From Acidobacteriota bacterium (GTDB lineage: Bacteria > Acidobacteriota > Terriglobia > Acidiferrales > UBA7541): 64,000 nucleotides of DNA. Shown piece after piece: positions 20,048-30,744 of this stretch. The notes beneath the pieces are model-generated. The model ran no database searches, was not told the origin of the DNA, and worked only from the letters and a program-made list of their open reading frames with translations. Location of the stretch: positions 31,023 to 95,022 of the forward strand of contig JABCZN010000011.1 of assembly GCA_013289665.1 (NCBI GenBank), given 5' to 3'. The position numbers and the translations under genes were made by a program. Position 1 is the first letter of the stretch; every line of letters begins with the position of its first letter.

Positions 20048-20487
20048 GGGGATAGCTCCTTCCCAGGGTGCAATGGAACCGTAGCCCCAATTTAGCTCAC
20101 TACTAACCAACTATGTACAATTCCAGAGACACTCCAGTGCACAAGTTTTGAAACTGGCCAGTTGCCAAAACTAAACTGAAAGAGCAATTCCGCCTCCCTA
20201 CCCGATTGGCCTGAGAATCAACGGTTTGGAGAGTAACTGTGTGCAATTCTTTTCCTAATGTGCGCAGCAAGAATCCAGAGGTTTACTACAGACCACCTGC
20301 TGATCTTATGGAAACTTTGCTCAAGTCCTGGTAAGTCGTGCCGGCTCAAACGGTCAAGTCAAGTAATGGTTCGGCACTTGCCCGGTTTCCGCTCTCCAGG
20401 AACTTGTTGGGCGTCGTTGTCTTCCCCTGGGTGGAGGGATTCGAACGTTTTTCCAACCCACAACCTGAATTCATGAGTCACTGCACT

Positions 20488-20600
20488 TCAATAACCGACA
20501 GTGAATCGCTTGTTGATGAACTTTCGCTGCTCCACCTCATCGATCATGGCGATAGCGAAATCCTCGTACGACAGGCTGGACCGCCCGTCGCATCTTCAAC
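20488..20600 (-). pseudogene. C-terminal fragment of an NAD(P)H-binding (YwnB-like) oxidoreductase
   Basis: Manual translation GRSSLSYEDFAIAMIDEVEQRKFINKRFTVGY*; not in the ORF track. Confidence 0.6.
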
Positions 20601-20603
20601 GGG

Positions 20604-20869
20604 ATACCAGGAGAATGCCTGGACAAGGTCTTGTGGAACGCCGATCCCATGCTCGTAGGAAATTCCTAGGCGAAATTGAGCATTGGCATCGCCCGCGTGA
20701 GCTTGACGTTGGAGGGCTGCAATGGCCGCTGGAGAATAGGGTGATTGCTGAGGCTGGCTCGCGGGGCCTGCGCCTGCACGTTCTCAGGAGCGCACAGCAA
20801 TGCTCTCATGACGAGCGGTAAGACGAAGGCTGTAAATACACATTTGCAGCAAGGGCAAGATTTTTTCAC
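20604..20869 (-). pseudogene. Frameshifted, truncated Sel1-repeat secreted protein
   Basis: Signal-peptide-like ORF, then in another frame AGDANAQFRLGISYEHGIGVPQDLVQAFSWY (one Sel1 repeat). Confidence 0.65.
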
Positions 20870-20908
20870 TCGTCCTCCCGAACTCTGCCGGTGCTTCAGC
20901 GTGGATTA

Positions 20909-21826
20909 CTACTTCAGCTTCCAGTCCGAGTAATACGCCCCGTCCGCTTGGTACATGACCAGTTCCTTAGTGTTGCGCGTCAAGACAGTTTTCGGTCTCC
21001 ACGTGCCTTGAAATATATTCTGCAGGAAGTAGTAATCCTTGCCGGCGTCAAGTTGGATTTCGAAACCGTTAGCGTTTTCCATTTGCGAAACCAGGTGGTA
21101 CTTGCCGGGATCGAGATAGGCGAAACTGTATGTGCCATTCCTGTTCGCGGCGGTCACGTGACCGTTGGCATACAACTTAAACGGAAGTCCCATTCCGGCG
21201 CCCCGTGGCGAAAGCGCCGGGCAAACTACGACGATCAGCGCCTTATCAGGCTTAATTTCGGGTAACGGGTGCGCCTCCTTGTCAACCTTAACAGCCTCTT
21301 TGGACTGAATGTCCGCTAGAGTCGTCTTGTCTATGTCAGCACCCTTTTCTGGGAAATCAGCCACCTCCACACGTTCCGCAAAAATGGCTTTCGCTTTCTC
21401 GATCACCTCGTCGGAGGAGTCTTTCGGAACTACTAAAAGAAAAGGCGTGCCTTTGTTCACCGCCGGAGCCACGTACATCCAATAATCGGTGACATGTCGG
21501 CCGGCACGCGCTGCTCCAATACCAGCACCAGCAGCCCCACCAAGGGCCCAAAGTGGAGAACTCCCTCCTCGCATGTGAGTGTCCACCTCGAATACGACCT
21601 TATCCACATCTGCGTAGCTGAGATTTAAATTGTCGTCCTTATCGTCTTTGAAAGTCAGCACCTTAGCGTAATCGTCAAATGTAAGGACCCCGACTTGGTT
21701 CACGAAGATGCGGTCCTTATCGCTGCGATGGCGGTTAATTTTCACATTTTGAACAGCAAGGTTTTCAGCGGAAACTGAACAAACCAGCGCAAGAGCGATA
21801 CCCACGAAGATGAAACAACGCGTCAT
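20909..21826 (-). CDS. Secreted protein with a C-terminal DUF2846-like domain
   Basis: Signal peptide; PDKALIVV...GTYSFAYLDPGKY...LDAGKDYYF pattern. Confidence 0.6.
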   Translation of the reverse strand: MTRCFIFVGIALALVCSVSAENLAVQNVKINRHRSDKDRIFVNQVGVLTFDDYAKVLTFKDDKDDNLNLSYADVDKVVFEVDTHMRGGSSPLWALGGAAGAGIGAARAGRHVTDYWMYVAPAVNKGTPFLLVVPKDSSDEVIEKAKAIFAERVEVADFPEKGADIDKTTLADIQSKEAVKVDKEAHPLPEIKPDKALIVVVCPALSPRGAGMGLPFKLYANGHVTAANRNGTYSFAYLDPGKYHLVSQMENANGFEIQLDAGKDYYFLQNIFQGTWRPKTVLTRNTKELVMYQADGAYYSDWKLK

Positions 21827-22068
21827 TATCCCTTCCTTAAGCGGTTAGCAGTCGGTTCTCATGCTGCGAAATATACTCCAAAAGGCACGTCTGAGTACAG
21901 TAGCTCCTGGTTAACGCTGCCGGTAAAGTAGGTATCGGTACGAAATTCTTCGATGGCCGGACCATCGCGTAGCAAGTATCGTTAGGTCCATTTCATGTCC
22001 AAAACACGAATAAATTGGCTAAGGTTTGAGTAGCAGGCGTCCGCAAGGGTAATTGAACAACGAGTATA

Positions 22069-22158
<90 letters not shown>

Positions 22159-22323
22159 GCACTCGCGCGCAACCTTCCAACTCTAGCAGAATTTGTTCCC
22201 GGGCGCATGGCGATGCCAAGGAGACTTTTGCGAGTTGTACCAGGAAAATATCGAATATTCCATCGAAACACGATTTTGTCAGCCGCGTTCTCTCAAGTAG
22301 ACTAATAGGGTTGTCCACACCAT

Positions 22324-22398
22324 TCCGGGGTGGTGCAATCGGTAGCACATGGGCCTTTGGAGCCTAGAATCCTGGTTCGAGTCCAGGCCCCGGAACCA
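22324..22398 (+). tRNA. tRNA-Gln(TTG)
   Basis: TCCGGGG/CCCCGGA acceptor stem, TGGGC-CTTTGGA-GCCTA anticodon arm, GGTTCGAGTCC, encoded CCA. Confidence 0.97.
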
Positions 22399-22459
22399 TT
22401 TTTCAACGGTTTTCCTCATGCGTTGTCCCGGAAAAGGCGGCAGCCATGGCCTACTTCTT

Positions 22460-23518
22460 ATGACCCATCCCTTCACCGAGCGTTGCGTCTTGCTGACCGG
22501 CGCTGGAGGCTCGATCGGGTCGGCGCTCGCCAGGGAAATCATCTCGCATAGGCCGAGCTCGCTGGTGCTGTTGGATCATTCTGAAGGCAATCTCCATCAA
22601 ATTGATACTGAGTTAAGCGACCTCCCCGGCGGTGCCGCGCGATCGGCCATCCTGGGGAATATCGCGGATGAGGCCCTGCTCGCAGAAATATTTGAAGAGC
22701 GCAAACCGGAAGTGATAATCCACGCCGCTGCCTATAAACATGTACCGCTGATGGAATGGAATGCGATTGCGGCGGTTTGCAACAACGCACTGGGCACAAA
22801 CCTTCTGGCAAAAGTGGCGCGGGCCTGTGGAGCTGCCACGCTCGTGATGGTGTCCACGGACAAGGCCGTGAATCCCCACAGTGTGATGGGTGCGTCAAAG
22901 CGCGTGGCGGAGCTTGCATTGCTGCGGTGGAGCAGCCCGGCAAGTCCGATGCGGGCGGTGCGGCTGGGCAATGTGGTGGGATCGCAGGGCAGCGTGGTCC
23001 CCCGGTTTCAAAAACAAATCGCCGAAGGCGGGCCGGTAACAGTCACCCACCCGGACGTGAATCGGTACTTCTTGCACATGGAGGAGGCCGTTGAGCTGGT
23101 GCTTCTGGCGGCGAGGACGAATGGAGAAGGCGGAATCTACATTCCCGATCCCGGTAAACCGCTGCGAATTGTGGATCTGGCGAAGCAGTTGATCAAGCAG
23201 TCTGGACGTGCGCGTGAGGACGAGATTCCAGTGGTGATTACCGGACTGCGGCCCGGCGACAAGCTGACCGAGGAGTTTATTTCAAACTACGAGTCGCTGG
23301 GCACTCTGAATTCCATGACTCGCCAGCGACTGGCCTTAATCAAAAGCCCTCAGCCGGCGAGCGCGGAATTTGATTCAGCGATGGCGGCGTTAGAAAAGAG
23401 TGTGGACCGGCGCGATTTGGGGTCCGTTCTGGATGGTTTGCGCCGGCTGGTGCCGGAGTATCAGCCGAGCGGCGTCGTACTTGAATCGCGGAAGGAGCAG
23501 CAGTCAAGTTCCCTATGA
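22460..23518 (+). CDS. Nucleotide-sugar 4,6-dehydratase (CapD/PglF-like catalytic domain only)
   Basis: TGAGGSIG, HAAAYKHVP, STDKAVNP..VMGASKR, GNVVGSQGSVVP, GLRPGDKL. Confidence 0.88.
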   Translation: MTHPFTERCVLLTGAGGSIGSALAREIISHRPSSLVLLDHSEGNLHQIDTELSDLPGGAARSAILGNIADEALLAEIFEERKPEVIIHAAAYKHVPLMEWNAIAAVCNNALGTNLLAKVARACGAATLVMVSTDKAVNPHSVMGASKRVAELALLRWSSPASPMRAVRLGNVVGSQGSVVPRFQKQIAEGGPVTVTHPDVNRYFLHMEEAVELVLLAARTNGEGGIYIPDPGKPLRIVDLAKQLIKQSGRAREDEIPVVITGLRPGDKLTEEFISNYESLGTLNSMTRQRLALIKSPQPASAEFDSAMAALEKSVDRRDLGSVLDGLRRLVPEYQPSGVVLESRKEQQSSSL

Positions 23519-24705
23519 AGCGGACAATTGCTGTGGTGACTTCTTCGCGCGCGGACTACGGTCATTTGTATTGGCCCTTGCGGGATTTGTCGGCCTCGGA
23601 TTCCGTGGATCTGCGAATCGTTGCGATGGGGCCGCATCTTTCACCGGAATTTGGAAACACTATCCAGGAAATCGAAAAAGATGGGTTCAGGATTGATGCG
23701 CGCATCGAATGCCTGCTCAGTTCCGACAGCGATGTCGGCATGGCCAAGACGATTGGGGTGGCCACGCTGGGACTCGCGGATTTATTCGGCCGGATGCGGC
23801 CAGACTTGCTCCTGCTGATCGCCGATCGCTACGAAATGCTGGCGCCGGCCGCGGTGGCGCTGGCGTTGCGGATTCCTATCGCCCATATCGAGGGCGGCGA
23901 AATCAGCGAAGGCGCGATTGACGACGCGGTGCGAAACTCGTTGACGAAAATGAGTCACATTCATTTCACGTCCACGCACGCGGCGCGGCAGCGGGTGATT
24001 GTGACGGGCGAAGAAGAGTGGCGGGTGCACCGCGCGGGCGCGCCGTCACTCGATCACCTGCGCAGGCAAACCCTTTTGTCGGCCGAGCAGGTTCGATCGC
24101 GATTGCAGGTGGACCTCGGGAGTCCGGTAATTCTGGTGGCGTACCATCCGGTGACGCTCGCGCGGGACACGAATGAGGAGGCGGGGGAAATGTTTGCCGC
24201 CCTGGAAAGCGTTGAGGACCAGATCCTGTTTTGCTACCCGAATGCCGACGCGGGCAGCCGGGCGCTGATCGAGAAAACGAAGGCGTTCCTGGAGCGCCGG
24301 GGCCGGGGAAAGATTTTCACCAATCTGGATGCAGTCACCTATTGGAGTTTGCTGCGCTCTGTCGAAATGCTGGTCGGTAACTCGAGCAGTGGAATCATGG
24401 AGACGGCGTCTTTTGCGCTGCCCACCGTAAATATCGGAATGCGCCAGCAAGGTCGCGAGCGTGCCCGGAATGTGCTGGACGCCGTCGCGGATCGCACCGC
24501 AATCGGAAATGCAATAGGGATTGCGAGATCGGCTGAGTTTCGCGCGCGGCTGGCGGGCATGGCCAATCCATTCGGAGAGGGGCGCGCTTCAGAAAAGATT
24601 GTCGAGGTGTTGACGTCGGTGCCGCTGGGAAAAGAGCTTCTGGTCAAACGGCATCCGCCGTTGCCGTTTCCATCCGAAACACTCAGCAAGACTGTGGCGC
24701 CATGA
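23515..24705 (+). CDS. neuC: Hydrolysing UDP-GlcNAc 2-epimerase (NeuC/LegG family)
   Basis: SRADYG, DRYE, HIEGGE, YHPVT, GNSSSG, RQQGRE. Confidence 0.88.
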   Translation: MKRTIAVVTSSRADYGHLYWPLRDLSASDSVDLRIVAMGPHLSPEFGNTIQEIEKDGFRIDARIECLLSSDSDVGMAKTIGVATLGLADLFGRMRPDLLLLIADRYEMLAPAAVALALRIPIAHIEGGEISEGAIDDAVRNSLTKMSHIHFTSTHAARQRVIVTGEEEWRVHRAGAPSLDHLRRQTLLSAEQVRSRLQVDLGSPVILVAYHPVTLARDTNEEAGEMFAALESVEDQILFCYPNADAGSRALIEKTKAFLERRGRGKIFTNLDAVTYWSLLRSVEMLVGNSSSGIMETASFALPTVNIGMRQQGRERARNVLDAVADRTAIGNAIGIARSAEFRARLAGMANPFGEGRASEKIVEVLTSVPLGKELLVKRHPPLPFPSETLSKTVAP

Positions 24706-25859
24706 GAATCCCCCTCTCCGCTCCCGACATACAGGAAGCAGAAATTGCCGCGGTAGCCGCTGTCCTGCGGACTCCGCACTTGAGCCTCGGGCCGAAGCTG
24801 GAGGAATTCGAGCGGAACATTGCACGATACATCGGGGCCGGAAATACGATTGGCGTAAGTTCCGGGACGGCGGGCCTGCATCTCTGCGTGCGGGCGCTCG
24901 GAATCGGCGCCGGAGATGAAGTGATTGTTCCCTCGTTTACGTTCGTCGCGGTGGCCAACGTTCTGCGCTATGAACATGCCGTTCCAGTGTTTGTGGATAT
25001 CCGGCCCAAAACTTTGAATCTTGACACCAGCCGCATTCTAGCGGCGATCACTCCCCGGACGAAAGCGATTCTGGTGGTGCATACGTTCGGCTGCCCGGCG
25101 GATTTAGCTGAAATTCTGGAGATTGCGCGGCGCCATCATCTTCATGTAATTGAGGACGCCTGCGAAGCGATTGGGGCGGAATACCACGGGCGCAGGGTGG
25201 GAGCCCACGGCGATGCGGGAGTTTTCGCCTTTTATCCGAACAAGCAGATAACCACCGGAGAAGGCGGGGCTGTCGTCACCAACGATCCGCGGCTGGCAGC
25301 CCGCGTGAAGGCTCTGCGAAACCAGGGCCGGCCGGATACGGAGGACTGGTTTCAGCATTCAGAGATCGGGTATAACTACCGGATTTCAGAGATGAATTGC
25401 GCTCTGGGGATCGGCCAGTTGAACAGGATCGAGGCGATCCTCCACCGCCGCGAGGAAATCGCCCGCGCATATGACGAACAATTGCGGGACTGCGGAAATT
25501 TGCGCCTGCCTCTTTTGACGGTAGCCGAGCGCCGGATCAGCTGGTTTGTATACGTGGTCAGGTTGGCAGATCAGTTTTCCGAAATGCAACGTGATTGGAT
25601 TCAGAAAGAAATGAACCGCCGGGGGATTGGCTGCGGCAGATACTTTGCCCCAATTCACTTGCAGCCGGCGTACCGGCATGTTGTCGCGCCCCGGGATGGT
25701 CTGAAAGTTACGGAATTTGCCGCAGCGCGATGCCTGGCTTTGCCGTTTTTTAATCTTCTGGAAGAGGCGCAAATCAATGAGGTTTGCGGAAATCTGTGTG
25801 AATTGGTTGCGATGGCGGAGAAGCTGGCCCCCGCGGGCAAGGCGGCGACCGGCGGCTAA
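24702..25859 (+). CDS. DegT/DnrJ/EryC1/StrS PLP-dependent sugar aminotransferase
   Basis: SSGTAGLH, IEDACEA, FYPNKQITTGEGG, GYNYR. Confidence 0.92.
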   Translation: MRIPLSAPDIQEAEIAAVAAVLRTPHLSLGPKLEEFERNIARYIGAGNTIGVSSGTAGLHLCVRALGIGAGDEVIVPSFTFVAVANVLRYEHAVPVFVDIRPKTLNLDTSRILAAITPRTKAILVVHTFGCPADLAEILEIARRHHLHVIEDACEAIGAEYHGRRVGAHGDAGVFAFYPNKQITTGEGGAVVTNDPRLAARVKALRNQGRPDTEDWFQHSEIGYNYRISEMNCALGIGQLNRIEAILHRREEIARAYDEQLRDCGNLRLPLLTVAERRISWFVYVVRLADQFSEMQRDWIQKEMNRRGIGCGRYFAPIHLQPAYRHVVAPRDGLKVTEFAAARCLALPFFNLLEEAQINEVCGNLCELVAMAEKLAPAGKAATGG

Positions 25860-25878
25860 CAATTGGGCGGTGGCGCCG

Positions 25879-27048
25879 CTACATCTTCACCGAAAACCGG
25901 AGAATCGTAGTGGAGTGGAAAGGTCCGCTGGGGAAAAGCGTCGTCGACGGAAACCCCGGATGGTTCGGCGAATCCGGGAAATGTTGTGTCTCCAGGCAAA
26001 ATGCGTATCGTTGCTCGTAGACCTTCCCTTCCTTGCCGTGCGCCGTCCCGTCCAGAAAATTCCCCGTGTAGAACTGGATGCCCGGCTCCGTCGTTAGGAC
26101 TTCGAGAACGCGCCCGCTCTTCGGATCGCGCGCCACCGCCGCCAGTTCAATCCCTGAAAATCCAGATTTCCTGTCAATGACCCAGTTGTGATCGTATCCC
26201 CGTCCAAGTTTAAGCTGCTCATCGGTTCCGTCGATCCGCTCCCCGATCGCCACCGGCCGCGTGAAATCAAACGGTGTGTTCTTCACATCGCGAAGCTCGC
26301 CCGTCGGAATAAGTCCGGCATCCACGGGCGTGAACTTGCTGGCGTTCAACTCGAGCGTCTGCAACAGAATGTCGCCATTTCCCTGTCCGGCAAGATTGAA
26401 GTAGCTGTGATTGGTGAGATTCACCACCGTAGGCTTATCGGTGCTCGCGCTGTAGTCAATCCGAAGTTCATTCTTCGCATTCAGCAAGGTAAAAACCACC
26501 GTCACGGTCATCGTGCCGGGAAATCCTTCCTCTCCGTCCGGACTCAGATAAGTAAACTCCACCGCCGCGCCATCTTTGCTCGGAACCTCCTTGGCCACCC
26601 ACATCTTCTTATCAAAACTGCGCAGTCCTCCATGCAACGTGTTCTCGCCATTATTCTTTGGCAAGGTATAAGTTTTCCCGGCCAGCTGGAAACTTCCGTG
26701 CGCAATGCGGTTGGCGTAGCGTCCAACAGTGCCCCCAAAGTGCGCCGTGCCGTCCTCATATTCCTTTGCGGTGTCGTAGCCCAGCACAACATCCGCAAAT
26801 TTCCCCGCCCGGTCCGGCACCTTTATGCTCACAACCGTGGCGCCATAATTCGTAATGGCCACCATCATCCCGCGGCTGTTCCTCAAAACGTACAAATCCG
26901 TCTTCTCGCCGGAAGCAATGGCGCCAAACGGCTGAATCTTAATCGAGGATTTTGGAGCAGGGTTCGCGGAAGCCTTGGGATTCGTGAAACTCAGAGCCAG
27001 AAACAACGCCATGCCGAATCGCGGAACAGACATTTCCCTCTCCTCCAA
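25879..27048 (-). CDS. galM: Aldose 1-epimerase (mutarotase) with signal peptide
   Basis: GRYANRI, LHGG, NLTNHSYFNL, GYDHN, CLETQHFPD. Confidence 0.92.
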   Translation of the reverse strand: MEEREMSVPRFGMALFLALSFTNPKASANPAPKSSIKIQPFGAIASGEKTDLYVLRNSRGMMVAITNYGATVVSIKVPDRAGKFADVVLGYDTAKEYEDGTAHFGGTVGRYANRIAHGSFQLAGKTYTLPKNNGENTLHGGLRSFDKKMWVAKEVPSKDGAAVEFTYLSPDGEEGFPGTMTVTVVFTLLNAKNELRIDYSASTDKPTVVNLTNHSYFNLAGQGNGDILLQTLELNASKFTPVDAGLIPTGELRDVKNTPFDFTRPVAIGERIDGTDEQLKLGRGYDHNWVIDRKSGFSGIELAAVARDPKSGRVLEVLTTEPGIQFYTGNFLDGTAHGKEGKVYEQRYAFCLETQHFPDSPNHPGFPSTTLFPSGPFHSTTILRFSVKM

Positions 27049-27213
27049 AACCAGTGTAATTCCATACGCTTCGACTGCGACCGGGATGCTGGGGTAAGCC
27101 AGCAGTATTCAATCTGCCAGGAACCGCTAAACTTCTTTCAAGACAACTCTATCAGACTCGGCCCAAAGCGCTGGCAATCCACCCATAGAAGCCAGTCCGG
27201 ACAGAAGCTGCGC

Positions 27214-27681
27214 TTAATCCGCGGGCTGTTGTTTCCCGGCAATCAACGTTCCGGTAGTCGCAACGCACTGCCACGTCCCATTGCTTCTGATCCACGTGTC
27301 CACGAATCGCTCGCGATGCACGTACGCCTTTCCCTTTTCCACCCCCTTCACGCGAAATACGCCCACCACCACCGCCGCATCGCCGTACATTTGCACGTTG
27401 CTCTGTTCAATCACCGCCTGCGAAGGCTGGTAATCCGGCGCCTTGATACTGGCGAGAAACTCGCTCTTGTTCGAAATGCTGCCGTCAATATCTACGGAAA
27501 CCAGGTTGCTTCCCAGAAGCATATCCAGCGCCTTGGTATCCTTGCTCTCGAGCGCGTGGTTCCACGCCAATTCGAGCGCCTGGATGCGCCCCGCATCATC
27601 GTTTGCCCCGCTCTGTCCACGCAGAGAAACGGCAACACTCGCGATCAAAACAACAGCGGCCAAAAGGCTAATTTTCTTCAT
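27214..27681 (-). CDS. Secreted NTF2-like (DUF4440) protein
   Basis: Signal peptide; GDAAVVVG...RFVDTW...WQCVA pattern. Confidence 0.8.
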   Translation of the reverse strand: MKKISLLAAVVLIASVAVSLRGQSGANDDAGRIQALELAWNHALESKDTKALDMLLGSNLVSVDIDGSISNKSEFLASIKAPDYQPSQAVIEQSNVQMYGDAAVVVGVFRVKGVEKGKAYVHRERFVDTWIRSNGTWQCVATTGTLIAGKQQPAD

Positions 27682-27787
27682 GAGCCCAATCCTCTCAACC
27701 TCCGTTCGGTTGTGCCTGGGATTAGTACCGATAGTAGGCCATCTCGCGGACGCGGGGTGGCTGAGCTTCGCGGAGTTTTCTGAAGAA

Positions 27788-29719
27788 TTAACGGCTGAGA
27801 ATTTCGTTTACCGCGCGATACGCCTGATCAATGGCCGTATCGGTGTAAGCGCTGGCGCCCGCATCCGAATTCGCGATCGCCATGCGCCCGAATGGCTGCC
27901 GGCCCACGACCCACGGCTGCTGGCCCGTTTTCCACTGCGGCAAATCCAGCTCAAACGGCGTGAACGCATATCCGTGCGCCCAGCGGTTCACAATAATGCC
28001 TTCGATATCGCGGGCGGGGTCGAAACCCGCTCCGCCAAGCATCCGTGCCAGTTGCTCGCGGATGTTCCGCTCGAATTTGCTGTAGGGAGTCTGCAACAAC
28101 TCTGCCCGCCCCGCGCGGTTCTGATCGCGCACCGGTAAGCCGGGCTTGCAAGGCGTCCGCAACATGAAGAGAACCGCCGGCTCCTCGGGCTTGCTCGGAA
28201 ACGGATAGTTGCCGAGGCTCACCGGAAAATCGAGCGCAGTGTAGGTGTAGTACCCCCCCGGCGCCACAATCTGGTGAATCCCCAGGTTCGCGAACGACGC
28301 CCAGTTGCTGAGCGCAACATGCGTGTAGACCAGCGGTGCCTTCACCAGATAGGAAAGCGCTTCCTTCTGCGCTTCGGGAAGCTCCGGGCAAATGTAGGGA
28401 ATCATCACGTTGTAGCAAGCCAGCACGCAGTAGTTCCCTTTCACCGTGTTCAGCCTGCCCCCGCGCATATAAGACACCTCGACCTGTTTCGAAGTGTCCT
28501 TCGCGCCCAGATGCTTCACGTTGACCACGGTACTGTTCAACCGGATCCTCACAGGATTCGCGTTCCGATCAAGCGCCGCGTAATTCGCGCGCGCCGTCAC
28601 TACATCCTCCATCGTTGACCCGGGCACGGCGTCGGGAATCAGTGCACGCACCAGCAGCCGCGCCACGGAAGCGTTGCCATCGGGGAAATGGAAAATATAC
28701 GGCTCTTCCTTTTCGCGTTCCGGAAAACCAAGCCCATCAAACCCCGGGTAAGTGAACGATCCATAGTCGTCGCCCGCCTCATAACAGGCAAACGCGGGCA
28801 CAGACTCGATGCCAACGCAAAAAAGATCGTGCGTAAAAGTCTGAAAGAACGGCAGCGCTTCCGGTATCAGCCGGCAGTGCCTGGTCAAATAATCCGCATA
28901 GCTGATTTTGCCCAAGGCCGCGATTTTCTGCTCCCGCGTCATCGCCGGCAGGTAGTCGGCCTTCTCTGTATAAACCCGCGCAATATCCTTTTTCACAGCG
29001 TCAGAAAGCGGCGCCTTTGCCAGAAATTCCGGCCACGGGGTGGTGTTCATGCCGGCGACCAGGTGATCCTCTCCAAACGTCTCCCTGTCGAAAAAAGCCG
29101 CCGTGCCGCGCCCGGCATAGAGTTTCGCGTCGTACGCTTTGTAGAACTTCTGCGTGTCAATGCCGATCTCTCCCAGCAGCGCTTTCGCTTCCGCGCTGTA
29201 TCTGCCGGGGCTCTCAATGGACTGCGTGCCGCCATAGGAGAGCACCATGCGCCCGCCCGCCTGGAATTCATTGCGCTTGGCGTGCCCGCCGAAATCATCA
29301 TGATTGTCGAGTATCAGGATTTTCGCGTTCCGCCCCGCCTTTTGCCGGAACCGATACGCCGCGGCCAGCCCGCTGATCCCGCCTCCCACGATCACCAGAT
29401 CGTAGCTTTCGCCTGTAGCAACAGCGTCGCCCAGAGCGCTCACCGATTCCCCATCCCGCATCCGGTGAGCGAACGTGAAAGACCCATCATGGTTGCCGCG
29501 AATCCCGGTGCGCGAAGGCGGGTAATAATCAGGCGCTTTTTCAGGCGCGAACTCGTCGAAAGCCGCCGCGGCAAATAATTCCCGCGCGCCAATCGAGCTA
29601 CCCATCAGCGTCGCGCCGGCTCCAATCGCCACGCCATTCAGAAAATCGCGCCGCGAAATCTCACGATTCATCCCCAGTTCGCTATCCTTCCTATCCCCGG
29701 AAACGTTCAGGTCATCCAT
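27788..29719 (-). CDS. Tat-exported FAD oxidoreductase, spermidine dehydrogenase (SpdH)-like
   Basis: SRRDFLNG Tat motif, [49 protein letters not shown]. Confidence 0.8.
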   Translation of the reverse strand: MDDLNVSGDRKDSELGMNREISRRDFLNGVAIGAGATLMGSSIGARELFAAAAFDEFAPEKAPDYYPPSRTGIRGNHDGSFTFAHRMRDGESVSALGDAVATGESYDLVIVGGGISGLAAAYRFRQKAGRNAKILILDNHDDFGGHAKRNEFQAGGRMVLSYGGTQSIESPGRYSAEAKALLGEIGIDTQKFYKAYDAKLYAGRGTAAFFDRETFGEDHLVAGMNTTPWPEFLAKAPLSDAVKKDIARVYTEKADYLPAMTREQKIAALGKISYADYLTRHCRLIPEALPFFQTFTHDLFCVGIESVPAFACYEAGDDYGSFTYPGFDGLGFPEREKEEPYIFHFPDGNASVARLLVRALIPDAVPGSTMEDVVTARANYAALDRNANPVRIRLNSTVVNVKHLGAKDTSKQVEVSYMRGGRLNTVKGNYCVLACYNVMIPYICPELPEAQKEALSYLVKAPLVYTHVALSNWASFANLGIHQIVAPGGYYTYTALDFPVSLGNYPFPSKPEEPAVLFMLRTPCKPGLPVRDQNRAGRAELLQTPYSKFERNIREQLARMLGGAGFDPARDIEGIIVNRWAHGYAFTPFELDLPQWKTGQQPWVVGRQPFGRMAIANSDAGASAYTDTAIDQAYRAVNEILSR

Positions 29720-29817
29720 CCAGGCTCCTCCGTGCTGATCTGGTGGCCCAGTATACCCCGCCCGCCACATCCCTACACAATTTCAGTAAACTTGCCCGAT
29801 GAACGGGCAAGTGTCGC

Positions 29818-29837
29818 GGCCGACCTTCCGGTCGGCC
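29818..29837. repeat. REP-like palindrome
   Basis: GGCCGACC-TTCC-GGTCGGCC; related copies at ~43967 and ~45282. Confidence 0.55.
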
Positions 29838-29927
29838 ACTCCGAATCACTCTGCAGGGAACGGCCCAGCCCTTCGAATTCCTCTCCATCACTGATAGTCT
29901 GTTATCCAGTTTTCGAGCACTCGCCCC

Positions 29928-30551
29928 ATGCAAACGCAAAGCGATGCCCAAGCTGAAAAAGAAACCGGCCGCCTCGAAGCCTTCAGCGACGGCGTCTTCG
30001 CCATTGCCATCACCCTACTGGTCCTCGAACTGAAAGTCCCCTCAATTCCGCCGGCCGGCGCAACCTCCGCCGCCCTCGGCGAAGCCCTGCTAGGGCTCTG
30101 GCCCAGCTATTTCGCCCTGGTCACCAGCTTCTTCACCATCCTCATCATGTGGATGCATCACCACGCCATTCTCCGCAATGTCCACCGCACCGACTCGCGT
30201 CTGCACTTTTGCAACGGCTGCCTGCTCCTGCTAATCACTTTCGTTCCCTATCCGACGTCCGTCCTCGCCGCTTACCTGCACACGCCCGCCGCAAAAATGG
30301 CCGCCGCGTTCTACGCCGGCACTTTCGTCCTGGTTGCAATGTGCTTTTCCCTGTTCATTTACGGCGCCTTCCGTCCGCACCTGCTTTCGCGCAATGCCTC
30401 CGCCAGATTTATCGAGACCACGCACCGCAACTACCGTCTCGGCCCGCCACTCTACCTGCTAGCCATGCTCGCGGCCTTCATTGACGCAAGACTGTGCCTG
30501 GGAATCTGCACAGCATTATGGATTTATTGGGCGGCGGTAATCAGAAGCTAG
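29928..30551 (+). CDS. TMEM175-family potassium channel
   Basis: RLEAFSDGVFAIAITLL signature, W..HH motif, multiple TM helices. Confidence 0.9.
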   Translation: MQTQSDAQAEKETGRLEAFSDGVFAIAITLLVLELKVPSIPPAGATSAALGEALLGLWPSYFALVTSFFTILIMWMHHHAILRNVHRTDSRLHFCNGCLLLLITFVPYPTSVLAAYLHTPAAKMAAAFYAGTFVLVAMCFSLFIYGAFRPHLLSRNASARFIETTHRNYRLGPPLYLLAMLAAFIDARLCLGICTALWIYWAAVIRS

Positions 30552-30573
30552 GAGCTGTCTGGTGGATACAGCT

Positions 30574-30680
30574 TTAGGAGGCCGGGGCTTCGGCCCCGGC
30601 CGAAAAAGCACGGCTGAATCTGGGTTTTCCCTCCGCCTCAGGCGGATCCGCCGATTCTGGCGGAAGCCCCTCAAGAAAGC
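30574..30680 (+). repeat. REP-like element (GGAGGYCGGRGCTTCRGCYCCGRC...GGGNTTTAGCCCCT) with nested TCCGCC..GGCGGA hairpins
   Basis: Related copies at 38051-38140 and, inverted, at 48647-48719. Confidence 0.6.
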
Positions 30681-30744
30681 TTTGCCAGAATCCGCCCTCT
30701 AATTATTGGACGAGTTCGGGCGGGGTGAGGGAAGGAGGCACTCT

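Noticed and set aside
22349-22459. N-terminal extension of the dehydratase ORF
   Set aside because: Overlaps tRNA-Gln; the ATG at 22460 fits the domain start
26188-27783. 531-aa plus-strand ORF
   Set aside because: Antisense shadow of galM and the DUF4440 gene; no recognisable motifs
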